DNA from: Burkholderiales bacterium
GTDB lineage: Bacteria; Pseudomonadota; Gammaproteobacteria; Burkholderiales; SG8-41
Reading direction: 5' to 3'
Length of the DNA stretch: 64,000 bases
Assembly (NCBI GenBank): GCA_046313915.1
Contig: JBKBXX010000003.1
Span: 2,289 to 66,288, forward strand
The position numbers and the translations under genes are program-made. Below the pieces are notes generated by a model. The model ran no database searches. It was not told the DNA's origin and saw only the letters and a list, made by a program, of their open reading frames with translations. Positions 30,209 through 41,013 of the stretch are shown here, in pieces (positions within the stretch are counted from its first letter, which is position 1; the number at the start of each line of letters is the position of its first letter).

Positions 30209-31486
30209 ATGAAAATCCACATCAAAAACGGCCGGCTGATCGACCCCCGGAACGGCATTGACGCCCAGCGGGATCTGTTCATCGCCGCGGGCAAGGTCGT
30301 GGCCGTGGGCGAAGCGCCCAAGGGCTTCAGCGCCAACCGCGTGATCGACGCTGCGGGACTGGTGGTGTGCCCGGGACTGGTCGATCTCGCGGCGCGGCTG
30401 CGCGAGCCCGGTTTCGAATACATGGCGACGCTGGAATCCGAAATGCAGGCGGCGATCGCCGGCGGCGTCACGAGCCTCGCCTGCCCGCCCGACACCGATC
30501 CGCCGCTCGACGAACCCGGCCTGGTCGAAATGCTCAAATTCCGCGCCAAGAACCTCAATCAGGCACACGTCTATCCCGTCGGCGCGCTGACCCAGGCGCT
30601 CAAGGGCGAGCGGCTGACCGAAATGGCGGAGCTCGCCGATGCCGGCTGCGTCGCGTTCTCGCAGGCCGACGCGCCGCTCAGCGACAACCACGTGCTGCTG
30701 TGCGGCCTGCAATACGCCGCGACTTTCGGCTTCAGCGTCTGGCTGCGGCCGCAGGATGCAACGCTTGCGCGCAACGGCGTGGCCCACGACGGGCAGGTGG
30801 CAACGCGGCTCGGCCTGCCGGCGATCCCGGTCTCGGCCGAGACCATCGCGCTTTCCACCATCGTGCTGCTCGCGCGCGAAGCCGGCGCCCGCATCCATCT
30901 GTGCCGGCTCTCCAGCGCCGCGGGCGTGGAGATGGTGCGCGAGGCCAAGCGGCTCGGCATTCCGGTCACCTGCGACGTCGCCGCGCATCACGTGCATCTG
31001 TCCGAAATGGACATCGGCTATTTCGATCCCAACTGCCACCTCACGCCGCCGCTGCGCAGCGCGCGCGACCGCGACGCGCTGCGCCGCGCGCTCGCCGACG
31101 GCACGATAGACGCGATCTGCTCGGACCACACGCCGGTCGACGAGGACGTCAAGCAGCTGCCTTTCGCCGAAGCCGAGAGCGGCGCGACCGGCCTGGAACT
31201 GCTGCTGCCGCTCACTTTGAAATGGGCCGAGGAAAACGCCGTCGCGCTGCCCGCCGCGCTCGCCAGGATCACCACCGACGCGGCGCGCGTCCTCGGCATC
31301 GACGCCGGCCATCTCAGCGCCGGCTGCGCCGCTGACATCTGCATTTTCGATCCCGCGCATTACTGGAAAGTCGAGCCCGCCGCGTTGAAAAGCCAGGGCA
31401 AGAACACGCCTTTCCTCGGCCTCGAGCTCAAAGGCCGGGTGCGCCACACGCTGGTCGAAGGCCAGATCGTCTACGAGTCGAAATAG
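30209..31486 (+). CDS. dihydroorotase-like protein (PyrC' / PyrX type)
   Basis: 425-aa amidohydrolase fold directly after pyrB, as in pseudomonad/betaproteobacterial ATCase complexes. Confidence 0.85.
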   Translation: MKIHIKNGRLIDPRNGIDAQRDLFIAAGKVVAVGEAPKGFSANRVIDAAGLVVCPGLVDLAARLREPGFEYMATLESEMQAAIAGGVTSLACPPDTDPPLDEPGLVEMLKFRAKNLNQAHVYPVGALTQALKGERLTEMAELADAGCVAFSQADAPLSDNHVLLCGLQYAATFGFSVWLRPQDATLARNGVAHDGQVATRLGLPAIPVSAETIALSTIVLLAREAGARIHLCRLSSAAGVEMVREAKRLGIPVTCDVAAHHVHLSEMDIGYFDPNCHLTPPLRSARDRDALRRALADGTIDAICSDHTPVDEDVKQLPFAEAESGATGLELLLPLTLKWAEENAVALPAALARITTDAARVLGIDAGHLSAGCAADICIFDPAHYWKVEPAALKSQGKNTPFLGLELKGRVRHTLVEGQIVYESK

Positions 31487-31622
31487 CCGCCGGCTGTTTT
31501 AGATTATCTTTTAAAATCAATGTGTTACTATATGGCCGTGAGCCTGCGGGCCGCGGTCTGCTAAACTTCGTCCCCTTCGCTTCGTCCCCTTCACCGTTCA
31601 ACCGTGGACTGATCACTCGCTC

Positions 31623-33659
31623 ATGAATCCTTTGCTCGATTTTTCGGGGCTGCCCCGTTTCGCCGATTTCAAGCCGGAATACGTGACGCCGGCGGTCGAT
31701 CAGCTGCTGCAGGAAAACCGCGCGCTGGTCGCGCAACTCGTCTCCGACGCGGTGCCGGCAACGTGGCGCGATTTCGTCGAACCGCTGGAAGACGCCAACG
31801 AGAGACTCGGCCGCGCGTGGGGCGAGGTCGCGCATCTCAACGCCGTGATGAACAGCCCGCAGCTGCGCGAAGTCTACAACGCCAATCTTCCCAAAATCAC
31901 GCAGTACTACAGCGAGCTGTCGCAACACGAAGGGCTGTTCGGCAAATTCAAGGCGCTGCACGCCAGCGCCGAGTTCGCGACGCTGTCCCGCGCCCAGTGC
32001 AAGATCATCGAAAACGAGCTGCGCGATTTCCGCCTCGGCGGCGCCGAGCTGCCCGCCGCCGGCAAAAAACGCTTCATGGCGATCCGCGAGCGCCTGTCGC
32101 AACTGTCGTCGCGCTTCAGCGACAATCTGCTCGACGCCACCAACGCCTTTGCCCATTACGTCACCGACGAAAAAACGCTCGTCGGCATTCCGGAAGACGT
32201 GCTCGCCGCGGCGCGCGCGGCGGCACAGGCCGAAGGCAGGCCCGGCTGGAAATTCACGCTGCACGCGCCCTCGTATCTGCCGCTGCTGCAGTACGCCGAC
32301 GATCGCGGCCTGCGCGAGCTCATGTATCGCGCCTACGTGACGCGCGCCTCGGAATTCGGCAAGTCCGAATGGGACAACACGCCGCTCATCGCCGAAATCG
32401 TCAAATTGCGCCGGGAAATGGCGCGCCTGCTCGGTTTCGACAACTACGCCGAATACTCGCTCGCCCCGAAAATGGCCGAATCTCCCCGCCAGGTTCTCGA
32501 TTTTCTGAACGAACTCGCCGCGCGCGCCCGACCCTATGCCGAGCGCGATCTCGCGGAGCTGACGGCCTTCGCGCGCGACGAGCTGCGCCTCGACAAGCTC
32601 GAGGCGTGGGATCTCGCCTACGTTTCGGAAAAGCTGCGCATCGCGCGCTATGCGTTCTCCGACCAGGAAGTGAAACAGTATTTCCCCGAAACGACGGTGC
32701 TGCCCGGCATGTTCAAGCTGACGGAAACGCTGTTCGGCGTGGCGATCGCGCCGAGCGAGGCGCCGACGTGGCATCCCGACGTGCGTTTTTTCTCGATCCG
32801 CGACCGGGAAGGTGTGCTCGTCGGGCAATTCTACGCCGATCTCTATGCCCGGCCGTCGAAACGCGGCGGCGCCTGGATGGACGAGGCGATCACGCGCCGG
32901 CGCAAAAACGGCGGCGTGCAGACGCCGGTCGCCTATCTCAACTGCAACTTCTCGGCGCCGGTCGGCGGCAAGCCGGCGCTATACACGCACGACGAAGTGA
33001 TCACGCTGTTCCACGAATTCGGCCACGGCCTGCACCATCTGCTCACGCGCGTCGATTACCTCGGCGTGTCGGGAATCAACGGCGTGGAATGGGATGCCGT
33101 CGAACTGCCGAGCCAGTTCATGGAAAACTTCTGCTGGGAATGGGAAGTGCTGGCGCCGATGACGCGCCACGTCGAAACCGGCGCGGCCCTGCCCCGGCCG
33201 CTGTTCGAAAAAATGCGCGCCGCCAAAAATTTCCAGAGCGGGCTCGCCACCGTGCGCCAGATCGAGTTCTCGCTGTTCGACCTGCACCTGCATTACGATT
33301 TCGATCCCGACGGTAGCAGGACCGCGCTGCAACTGCTCGACGAGGTGCGCGCGCGCGTCGCGGTCATCATTCCTCCCGCCTACAACCGCTTCCCCAACAA
33401 TTTCTCGCACATTTTTGGCGGCGGTTACGCCGCCGGCTATTACAGCTACAAATGGGCGGAAGTGCTGTCGGCGGACGCCTACAGCCTGTTCGAGGAAAAC
33501 GGCGTGCTCGATCCCGCGACCGGCAAACGTTTCCGGGATGAAATCCTCGCCGTCGGCGGCAGCCGTCCCGCGCTCGAATCCTTCGTCGCCTTCCGCGGCC
33601 GCGAACCGACGATAGACGCGCTGCTCAGGCACAACGGCATGGTCGGGACCGGGACCTGA
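31623..33659 (+). CDS. prlC: oligopeptidase A (M3 family)
   Basis: TLFHEFGHGLHH zinc motif, 678 aa. Confidence 0.92.
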   Translation: MNPLLDFSGLPRFADFKPEYVTPAVDQLLQENRALVAQLVSDAVPATWRDFVEPLEDANERLGRAWGEVAHLNAVMNSPQLREVYNANLPKITQYYSELSQHEGLFGKFKALHASAEFATLSRAQCKIIENELRDFRLGGAELPAAGKKRFMAIRERLSQLSSRFSDNLLDATNAFAHYVTDEKTLVGIPEDVLAAARAAAQAEGRPGWKFTLHAPSYLPLLQYADDRGLRELMYRAYVTRASEFGKSEWDNTPLIAEIVKLRREMARLLGFDNYAEYSLAPKMAESPRQVLDFLNELAARARPYAERDLAELTAFARDELRLDKLEAWDLAYVSEKLRIARYAFSDQEVKQYFPETTVLPGMFKLTETLFGVAIAPSEAPTWHPDVRFFSIRDREGVLVGQFYADLYARPSKRGGAWMDEAITRRRKNGGVQTPVAYLNCNFSAPVGGKPALYTHDEVITLFHEFGHGLHHLLTRVDYLGVSGINGVEWDAVELPSQFMENFCWEWEVLAPMTRHVETGAALPRPLFEKMRAAKNFQSGLATVRQIEFSLFDLHLHYDFDPDGSRTALQLLDEVRARVAVIIPPAYNRFPNNFSHIFGGGYAAGYYSYKWAEVLSADAYSLFEENGVLDPATGKRFRDEILAVGGSRPALESFVAFRGREPTIDALLRHNGMVGTGT

Positions 33660-33675
33660 TGTTCGCGGCGGCGCC

Positions 33676-34443
33676 ATGAAGATCGCCACCTGGAACGTCA
33701 ATTCGCTCAAGGTGCGTCTGCCGCAGGTGCTCGACTGGCTGGCGAGGCAGCGGCCCGAGGTGCTGTGCCTGCAGGAAACCAAGCTCGAAGACGCCAGTTT
33801 CCCGGCCGCCGCCTTCAACGAGGCCGGTTACCAGGTTTTGTTCAGCGGGCAGAAAACCTACAACGGCGTGGCGATCGTGAGCTGCGCCGCCGCGAGCGAA
33901 CCCGTGACCGCGATCCCCGGCTTCGACGATCATCAGAAGCGCGTGCTCGCCGCGACGGTCGACGGCGTGCGCATCGTCTGCGTCTACGTGCCGAACGGCG
34001 AGAGCGTCGGTTCCGACAAATACCAGTACAAGCTGAAGTGGCTCGCCGCGCTCGGCGACTGGCTCGCCCGGGAACTGCAGCGCTTTCCGCGACTTGCGGT
34101 GCTGGGCGATTTCAACGTCGCGCCCGAGGAGCGCGACGTGCACGATCCCGCGCTGTGGGAAGGTCGCGTGCTGTTCAGCAAGCCCGAGCGCGACGCCTTC
34201 GCCGCGCTGCTCGCGACGGGACTGAAGGACGCGTTCCGGCTTTTCGACCAGCCCGCGGGATCCTTCACGTGGTGGGATTACCGCCTGAATGCGTTTCGCC
34301 GCAAGATGGGCCTGCGCATCGACCACATCCTGCTTTCCGCCGCGCTCGCACGAGCGTGCACCGCCTGCACCATCGACCTCGAGCCGCGCCAGGCCGAGCG
34401 CCCGTCGGACCACGCGCCGGTCATCGCCACGCTCGCGCCTTGA
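33676..34443 (+). CDS. xthA: exodeoxyribonuclease III
   Basis: MKIATWNVNSL...LQETK...SDHAPV. Confidence 0.92.
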   Translation: MKIATWNVNSLKVRLPQVLDWLARQRPEVLCLQETKLEDASFPAAAFNEAGYQVLFSGQKTYNGVAIVSCAAASEPVTAIPGFDDHQKRVLAATVDGVRIVCVYVPNGESVGSDKYQYKLKWLAALGDWLARELQRFPRLAVLGDFNVAPEERDVHDPALWEGRVLFSKPERDAFAALLATGLKDAFRLFDQPAGSFTWWDYRLNAFRRKMGLRIDHILLSAALARACTACTIDLEPRQAERPSDHAPVIATLAP

Positions 34444-34461
34444 GCGGCCGGTTTCGGCGGC

Positions 34462-35859
<1,398 letters not shown>

Positions 35860-35866
35860 AAGTTCA

Positions 35867-35947
35867 GTGAACGGTGAATGGTGAATGGTGAATGGTGAAA
35901 TGCCTGATGTGCCGTCCATTCACCATTTACCGTTTACCGTTTGCCAT
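35867..35947. repeat. inverted pair of heptamer arrays (GGTGAAT x4 / complement) in the ntrB-ntrC junction
   Basis: gtgaacggtgaatggtgaatggtgaatggtgaaatg ...14 nt... cattcaccatttaccgtttaccgtttgccat. The right arm encodes the last ntrB codons and the stop. Confidence 0.9.
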
Positions 35948-37009
35948 CTCTTCGACCGGCAGCAGCACCGTGAAACAGGTGTTGCCCGGCGCGCTCTCGA
36001 AAGTGATGGTGCCGTGGTGCTGGGCGATGAAATTCTGGGCGAGCGTGAGACCGAGGCCGCTGCCGCCTTCGCGCCCCGACACCAGCGGATAAAAAATCCG
36101 CTCGCGGATGTCCGGGGGAATGCCCGGACCGTTGTCGCGGATTTCCAGCACCAGCGCGTGGCGGTAGCGTTTACGCGCGAGCGTCACCTGGCGCGCGATG
36201 CGCGTCCTCAGCACGATCTCGCCCCCGCTGCCGGCAGCGGGCAAGCCGCCGGCAAGCGCCTGCGCCGCGTTGCGCACGATGTTCAGCACTGCCTGGATCA
36301 GCTGCTCCCTGTCGCCTTTCAGCAAAGGCAGGCTGGTGTCGTAATCGCGGCGTATCGCCATGCCCGGGTATTCGGCGAGAATCACGCTGCGCACCCGCTC
36401 GAGCACTTCGTGCAGATTGACTGGCGCGGTTTGCGGCAGGCGGTGGGGAGTGAGCAGCCGGTCCATCAGCGCCTGCAGCCGGTCGGCCTCCTTCATGATC
36501 ACCTGCGTGTATTCGTGCAGATTGGGACGCTCGAGCTCGCGGTCGAGCAGCTGCGCCGCGCCGCGGATGCCGCCGAGGGGATTCTTGATTTCGTGCGCGA
36601 GATTGCGAATGAGCTCGCGCTGGGCCTCGCTCTGGTCGAGCAGGCGCTCTTCGCGTTCGATTTTGAGCTGCTGCTCGATATGGCGGAATTCGAGCAGCAG
36701 GCTTCCGGCCTCGGCGCCGAGCTCGACCGGCGTGACGGTGCAGGAAAGCCGGAACTTGCGGCCGGCGACGCCGAGTTCGAAGTCGTGCTCGATATAGCTG
36801 CAGTGGTTGGCGCGTGCATAGTCGATCGCCGCGGCGAGCGTGCCGCTGTCGGAAAACAGCTGGTCGAGCGCGATGCCGGCAACGTTCTTGCTGTTGAGCT
36901 CGAACAGGTTCTCGGCTGCGAGATTCAGGTAACGCACGGTCCGCTCCCTGTCCACCATCATCACGGCTGTCGCGAGCAAGTCCAGGCCGGAAAGCGCCGC
37001 TGATGTCAT
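35927..37009 (-). CDS. ntrB: nitrogen regulation sensor histidine kinase NR(II)
   Basis: PAS N-terminus, H-box LAHEIKNPLGGI, N/G boxes. Confidence 0.9.
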   Translation of the reverse strand: MTSAALSGLDLLATAVMMVDRERTVRYLNLAAENLFELNSKNVAGIALDQLFSDSGTLAAAIDYARANHCSYIEHDFELGVAGRKFRLSCTVTPVELGAEAGSLLLEFRHIEQQLKIEREERLLDQSEAQRELIRNLAHEIKNPLGGIRGAAQLLDRELERPNLHEYTQVIMKEADRLQALMDRLLTPHRLPQTAPVNLHEVLERVRSVILAEYPGMAIRRDYDTSLPLLKGDREQLIQAVLNIVRNAAQALAGGLPAAGSGGEIVLRTRIARQVTLARKRYRHALVLEIRDNGPGIPPDIRERIFYPLVSGREGGSGLGLTLAQNFIAQHHGTITFESAPGNTCFTVLLPVEEMANGKR

Positions 37010-37117
37010 TTTGACTTCACTCCAGACCGTGGCATTAGCAAGAACCGCGCCAAACTTCGCGGCAACACCTCGCACGGGAAGCGTCCGCCGCTGCCGCGCC
37101 TCACCTGCTGCGCGCGG

Positions 37118-37615
37118 CTATTTGAGGTTCGCCAGTTCTTTCCTGAGATGGGCGATATTGTCTTCGTGCAGCCTGACTTCCTTGCGATACGGCTCGAGAC
37201 GGTCGAGCACGCGCTGATAGTTGCGCTCGCCGCCCAGCCGCACGGCTTCCTGCTCGGCGAGTTTTTTGCGCGCCTCGTCGAGCAGCTTCTGCTCGTTCGC
37301 CAGTTCCTCTTCCAAGATGCGGCGCCGGTCGCCGTCGCGCTGCTTTTGCGTTTGCGCGTCGACGCTGGGAAAATTCGCCGGCGCAGGCGCCCGCCGGCTT
37401 TCCTGGCGCGGCGCAGGCGGGGAAACCACCGGCGCAGGCGCGATATTCATCGCCTTGCAGCCTTTGGCTTCGGCCTTGATGTTGGTGAAACGCTTGTTGC
37501 CGTTCTGGTCGATGCACTCGTAGATTTCCGCGCGCGGCGCGGAAGTCGCCCATGCCAGCAGCAACGCTCCCGCGGACAGAATTAACAAGTTGATTTTAAA
37601 CAACTTTTTTAGCAC
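37118..37615 (-). CDS. DUF4124-domain periplasmic protein
   Basis: Signal peptide (V)LKKLFKINLLILSAGALLLAWA then IYECIDQNGNKRFTN. I prefer GTG 37615 over ATG 37648 because of the promoter position. Confidence 0.65.
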   Translation of the reverse strand: MLKKLFKINLLILSAGALLLAWATSAPRAEIYECIDQNGNKRFTNIKAEAKGCKAMNIAPAPVVSPPAPRQESRRAPAPANFPSVDAQTQKQRDGDRRRILEEELANEQKLLDEARKKLAEQEAVRLGGERNYQRVLDRLEPYRKEVRLHEDNIAHLRKELANLK

Positions 37616-37654
37616 GCCGCCGCCCCGCCTCGCCAGGGAAGTCACCATGGTTGC

Positions 37655-37683
37655 AGTCTAAGCCACCCGGCCCGGATTGGCAA
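37655..37683 (-). promoter_or_regulatory. sigma-70-like promoter (TTGCCA-17-TAGACT) for DUF4124-ntrB-ntrC
   Basis: Hexamers read on the minus strand. The -35 abuts the NtrC palindrome. Confidence 0.45.
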
Positions 37684-37700
37684 TGCACCCAAATGGTGCA
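37684..37700. promoter_or_regulatory. NtrC binding site
   Basis: TGCACCcaaaTGGTGCA, a perfect match to the TGCACC-N5-GGTGCA consensus. Confidence 0.75.
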
Positions 37701-37735
37701 CGAAAACCGGCCGCGCCGGGAAACCGCCGAAGACG

Positions 37736-37782
37736 AAAAACGCCGCGCGGATGCCCGCCATGACGGGCGGCGCGGCGTTTTT
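37736..37782 (-). terminator. glnA intrinsic terminator (bidirectional hairpin)
   Basis: aaaaa-cgccgcgc...gcccg-ccatga-cgggc...gcgcggcg-ttttt, about 45 nt after the glnA stop. Confidence 0.75.
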
Positions 37783-37825
37783 GCACGGCCCCGGACCGTT
37801 GCCGCAGCTTGCCTGCGGCAGGCTC

Positions 37826-39238
37826 CTACAGGCTGTAATAGAGCTGGAACTCGACCGGATGGGTGGTCATGCGAAACAGCGTGACCTCCTCCATCTTGAG
37901 CGCGATGTAGGCGTCGATCATATCATTCGAGAACACGCCGCCGCGCGTCAGGAATTCGCGGTCGCGGTCGAGATAATCGAGCGCCATGTCGAGCGAAGAA
38001 CACACGTTGGGCACCTTCTTCGCCTCTTCGGGAGGCAGATCGTAGAGGTTCTTGTCGATCGGGTCGCCGGGATGGATCTTGTTCTGGATGCCGTCGAGAC
38101 CGGCCATCATCATCGCGGTGAACGCCAGGTACGGATTCGCCGTCGGATCCGGGAAACGCACTTCGATGCGGCGCGCCTTGGGATTCGTCACGTACGGGAT
38201 GCGCACCGAAGCCGAGCGGTTGCGCGCCGAGTAGGCGAGATTGATCGGCGCCTCGAAACCGGGGACCAGCCGTTTGTAGGAGTTGGTGCCGGGATTGGTG
38301 ATCGCGTTGAGGGCGCGGGCGTGCTTGATGATGCCGCCGATATAATAGAGCGCGAGCTCGGACAGCCCGGCATAGCCGTTGCCGCTGAACAGGTTCTGCC
38401 CGTTTTTCCACAGCGACTGGTGCACGTGCATGCCCGAACCGTTGTCTCCGACCACCGGCTTGGGCATGAAGGTCGCGGTCTTGCCGTAGGAGTGCGCGAC
38501 GTTGTGCACGGTGTACTTGAGGATCTGCATCCAGTCGGCGCGCTTCACCAGCCTCTCGTACTTGGTGCCGATCTCGCACTGGCCGGGCGCCGCCACCTCG
38601 TGGTGATGCACCTCGACTTCGACGCCCTGTTCCTCGAGCGCGAGGCACATCGCGGAACGGATGTCCTGCAGCGAATCCACCGGCGGCACCGGGAAATAGC
38701 CGCCTTTGACCGGCGGACGGTGGCCCATGTTGCCGCCCTCGAATTCCTCGGCGGTGGCCCACGGCGCTTCCTCGCTCTTGATTTTCACGTAGGAGCCGGA
38801 CATGTCGACGTTCCAGGTGACCGAATCGAACACGAAAAATTCGGGCTCGGGGCCGAAGTAGGCGGTGTCACCGATACCGGTCGATTTGAGATAGGCCTCG
38901 GCACGCTTGGCGATGGAACGCGGATCACGGTCGTAGCCCTTGCCGTCCGCCGGCTCGACCACGTCGCAGGTCAGGATCAGCGTCGGCTCGTCGGTGAAAG
39001 GATCCAGGCGCGCCGTCTCCGGATCGGGCATCAGCAGCATGTCGGAAGCCTGTATGCCTTTCCAGCCGGCGATCGAAGAGCCGTCGAAAGCATGGCCGTC
39101 GCTGAACTTGTCTTCTCCGAACGCCTTGACGGGCACCGACACGTGCTGTTCCTTGCCACGGGTATCGGTGAAGCGGAAATCAACGAATTTGACTTCGTTG
39201 TCCTTGACCATTTTCATTACTTCGGCGGCGGATGCCAT
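37826..39238 (-). CDS. glnA: glutamine synthetase type I
   Basis: 470 aa, [10 protein letters not shown]..., GSGMHVH, and NLYDLPPEE adenylylation-site Tyr context. Confidence 0.96.
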   Translation of the reverse strand: MASAAEVMKMVKDNEVKFVDFRFTDTRGKEQHVSVPVKAFGEDKFSDGHAFDGSSIAGWKGIQASDMLLMPDPETARLDPFTDEPTLILTCDVVEPADGKGYDRDPRSIAKRAEAYLKSTGIGDTAYFGPEPEFFVFDSVTWNVDMSGSYVKIKSEEAPWATAEEFEGGNMGHRPPVKGGYFPVPPVDSLQDIRSAMCLALEEQGVEVEVHHHEVAAPGQCEIGTKYERLVKRADWMQILKYTVHNVAHSYGKTATFMPKPVVGDNGSGMHVHQSLWKNGQNLFSGNGYAGLSELALYYIGGIIKHARALNAITNPGTNSYKRLVPGFEAPINLAYSARNRSASVRIPYVTNPKARRIEVRFPDPTANPYLAFTAMMMAGLDGIQNKIHPGDPIDKNLYDLPPEEAKKVPNVCSSLDMALDYLDRDREFLTRGGVFSNDMIDAYIALKMEEVTLFRMTTHPVEFQLYYSL

Positions 39239-39323
39239 TTATTTCTCCTGAACGAAAGAGTGAAACGGAATTTGCAATAAAAAACCAGATTCGGGGATGA
39301 GCACGAAACATGCCAGAGGTTTT

Positions 39324-39344
39324 GGCAAAGAAAGTATTGTGCCA
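39324..39344 (-). promoter_or_regulatory. candidate sigma-54 promoter of glnA
   Basis: Minus strand reads TGGCACaatacTTTCt (consensus TGGCAC-N5-TTGC, one mismatch in -12), about 100 nt before the ATG. Confidence 0.45.
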
Positions 39345-39359
39345 CAAGGGATTTGAATA

Positions 39360-39426
39360 GCGCACAAAATTTGTGCGCGCACCCTCATGGTGCGCGTGAT
39401 GATTTTCGCGCACCGTTTTGGTGCGC
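39360..39426. promoter_or_regulatory. three NtrC-type palindromes (glnA enhancer)
   Basis: GCGCACaaaatttGTGCGC (39360-39378), GCGCACCctcatGGTGCGC (39377-39395), GCGCACCgttttGGTGCGC (39408-39426). Confidence 0.7.
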
Positions 39427-39524
39427 GAAAGTTGCTGGCATAATGAAATGCGTTCACGATACGATCTTCCGGTCTTCCCCGCGGACACCGGCCGCCAAGA
39501 CACGCCGTTTACCGAAAGAACATC

Positions 39525-39974
39525 ATGGAAACAGACGAGATCCTGAAAACCGCCCGCGACAGGGCGCGGCAAATGAACCTGCCTTACGAAGGCGCGCTGC
39601 TGCCCGCCGAAGCCTACCGGCTGTGGAAAGAATTGCCCGGTGCCCGCCTGGTCGATGTCCGCACGCGCGCCGAATGGGACTGGGTCGGGCGCATTCCGGG
39701 CGCGCTGGAAATCGAAATGCTCACCTACCCCGGCAGCCGGCCCAATCCGGACTTCCTGCGGGAACTCGAGGAAAAAGTCGACAAAAACGCGCCTCTGATG
39801 TTCATCTGCCGCAGCGGCGGCCGCTCGCACACCGCCGCGATCCTCGCGACGCAGGCCGGCTATGCGAAATGCTACAACGTGCTCGAAGGTTTCGAAGGCG
39901 ACAAGGACGCCGCAGGCCATCGCAACACCCGCGGCGGATGGCGCGTGGCGGGCCTGCCGTGGGTGCAAGGTTAA
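39525..39974 (+). CDS. rhodanese-like domain protein
   Basis: RLVDVRTRAEW...FICRSGGRS active-site loop. Confidence 0.85.
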   Translation: METDEILKTARDRARQMNLPYEGALLPAEAYRLWKELPGARLVDVRTRAEWDWVGRIPGALEIEMLTYPGSRPNPDFLRELEEKVDKNAPLMFICRSGGRSHTAAILATQAGYAKCYNVLEGFEGDKDAAGHRNTRGGWRVAGLPWVQG

Positions 39975-39985
39975 GGCCACATCGA

Positions 39986-40810
39986 CTACGACCAGTCGAC
40001 CAGGCCCGTGTAGCCGGTCGCGAGCACCACCAGGCCGAAGGCGATGCGATACCAGGCGAAAACGCTGAAATCGTGGCGGCTGATGTAGCGCAGCAGGCCG
40101 CGCACCGCGAAAAACGCGCTGACGAACGAGGCCGCGAAACCGACTGCAAACATGCCGACGTCATCGACGTGCAGCAACACGCGATTCTTGTACACATCGT
40201 AGAACGTTGCGGCGAACATCGTCGGCACCGCGAGAAAAAAGGAAAATTCGGTCGCGGCCTTGCGCGACATGCCGAAAAACAGCCCGCCGATGATGGTCGC
40301 GCCCGAGCGTGAAGTGCCGGGGATCAGCGCGAGCGCCTGCGCGCAGCCGACCTTGAGCGCGTCGCGCCAGCGCATGTCGTCGACCTCCCTGATCGTGACC
40401 GTATGCTGCCGCCGCTCGGCCCACAGGATCAGCAGCCCGCCGGCGACGAGCGCCAGCGCCACCGGCAGCGGATGAAACAGCACGCGCTTGATGCCGCCGT
40501 GAAACAGGAGACCGAGCAGCGCCGCGGGCAGGAAGGCGACCAGCAGATTGGACACGAAACGCCGCGCCGCGGGCTCGCGCGCAAAACCCGCGACCACGCC
40601 GGCGAAACGCGCGCGGTATTCCCAGCACACCGCGAGGATGGCGGCGAGCTGGATCACGATCTCGAACACCTTGCCCTTGTCGTCGTTGAAGCCGAGCAGA
40701 TCGCCGACGACGATCAGGTGCCCGGTGCTCGAAACCGGCAGGAATTCGGTGAGGCCCTCGACGATGCCGAGGATCAGGGCCTTGAGATAGAGTGCGGGGT
40801 CCATGAGCAA
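39986..40810 (-). CDS. uppP: undecaprenyl-diphosphate phosphatase
   Basis: [17 protein letters not shown]...[10 protein letters not shown]. Confidence 0.93.
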   Translation of the reverse strand: MLMDPALYLKALILGIVEGLTEFLPVSSTGHLIVVGDLLGFNDDKGKVFEIVIQLAAILAVCWEYRARFAGVVAGFAREPAARRFVSNLLVAFLPAALLGLLFHGGIKRVLFHPLPVALALVAGGLLILWAERRQHTVTIREVDDMRWRDALKVGCAQALALIPGTSRSGATIIGGLFFGMSRKAATEFSFFLAVPTMFAATFYDVYKNRVLLHVDDVGMFAVGFAASFVSAFFAVRGLLRYISRHDFSVFAWYRIAFGLVVLATGYTGLVDWS

Positions 40811-40864
40811 GGCGCCATTCTACGCGATCCTGGGGAGCGGGCGATGGGTGCGAGGGTAAAAGGT

Positions 40865-40908
40865 GTGGGAGGGAGCTTGCCCCTGATCGCCAACAAGCCG
40901 GCTCCCAC
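40865..40908. repeat. REPIN-like inverted REP pair
   Basis: gtgggagggagcttgcccctgatcgcc-aacaagccggctcccac. Confidence 0.8.
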
Positions 40909-40924
40909 AGGAGAACCGGGGAAA

Positions 40925-40972
40925 GGGGAATGGGGAATGGGGAATGGGTTCACCCTTCACCCTTCACCCTTC
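40925..40972. repeat. two adjacent heptamer arrays (GGGGAAT x3, then TTCACCC x3)
   Basis: ggggaatggggaatggggaatgggttcacccttcacccttcaccc. Confidence 0.9.
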
Positions 40973-40981
40973 ACTTCCCTA

Positions 40982-41006
40982 GTGGGAGGGGGCTTGCCCC
41001 CGATCG
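40982..41006. repeat. REP, type A
   Basis: gtgggagggggcttgcccccgatcg, 8 nt from the macB-like stop codon. Confidence 0.85.
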
Positions 41007-41013
41007 TGGCCGC

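Noticed and set aside
31566-31604. cttcgtcccctt x2 plus caccgttcaaccg upstream of prlC as a regulatory site
   Set aside because: It is probably just another decayed member of the heptamer/G-T-rich repeat family. It is too short and degenerate to interpret on its own.
39180-39980. 266-aa minus-strand ORF over the glnA upstream region and the rhodanese gene
   Set aside because: It overlaps the NtrC/sigma-54 control region and is antisense to a gene with an intact rhodanese active-site loop.
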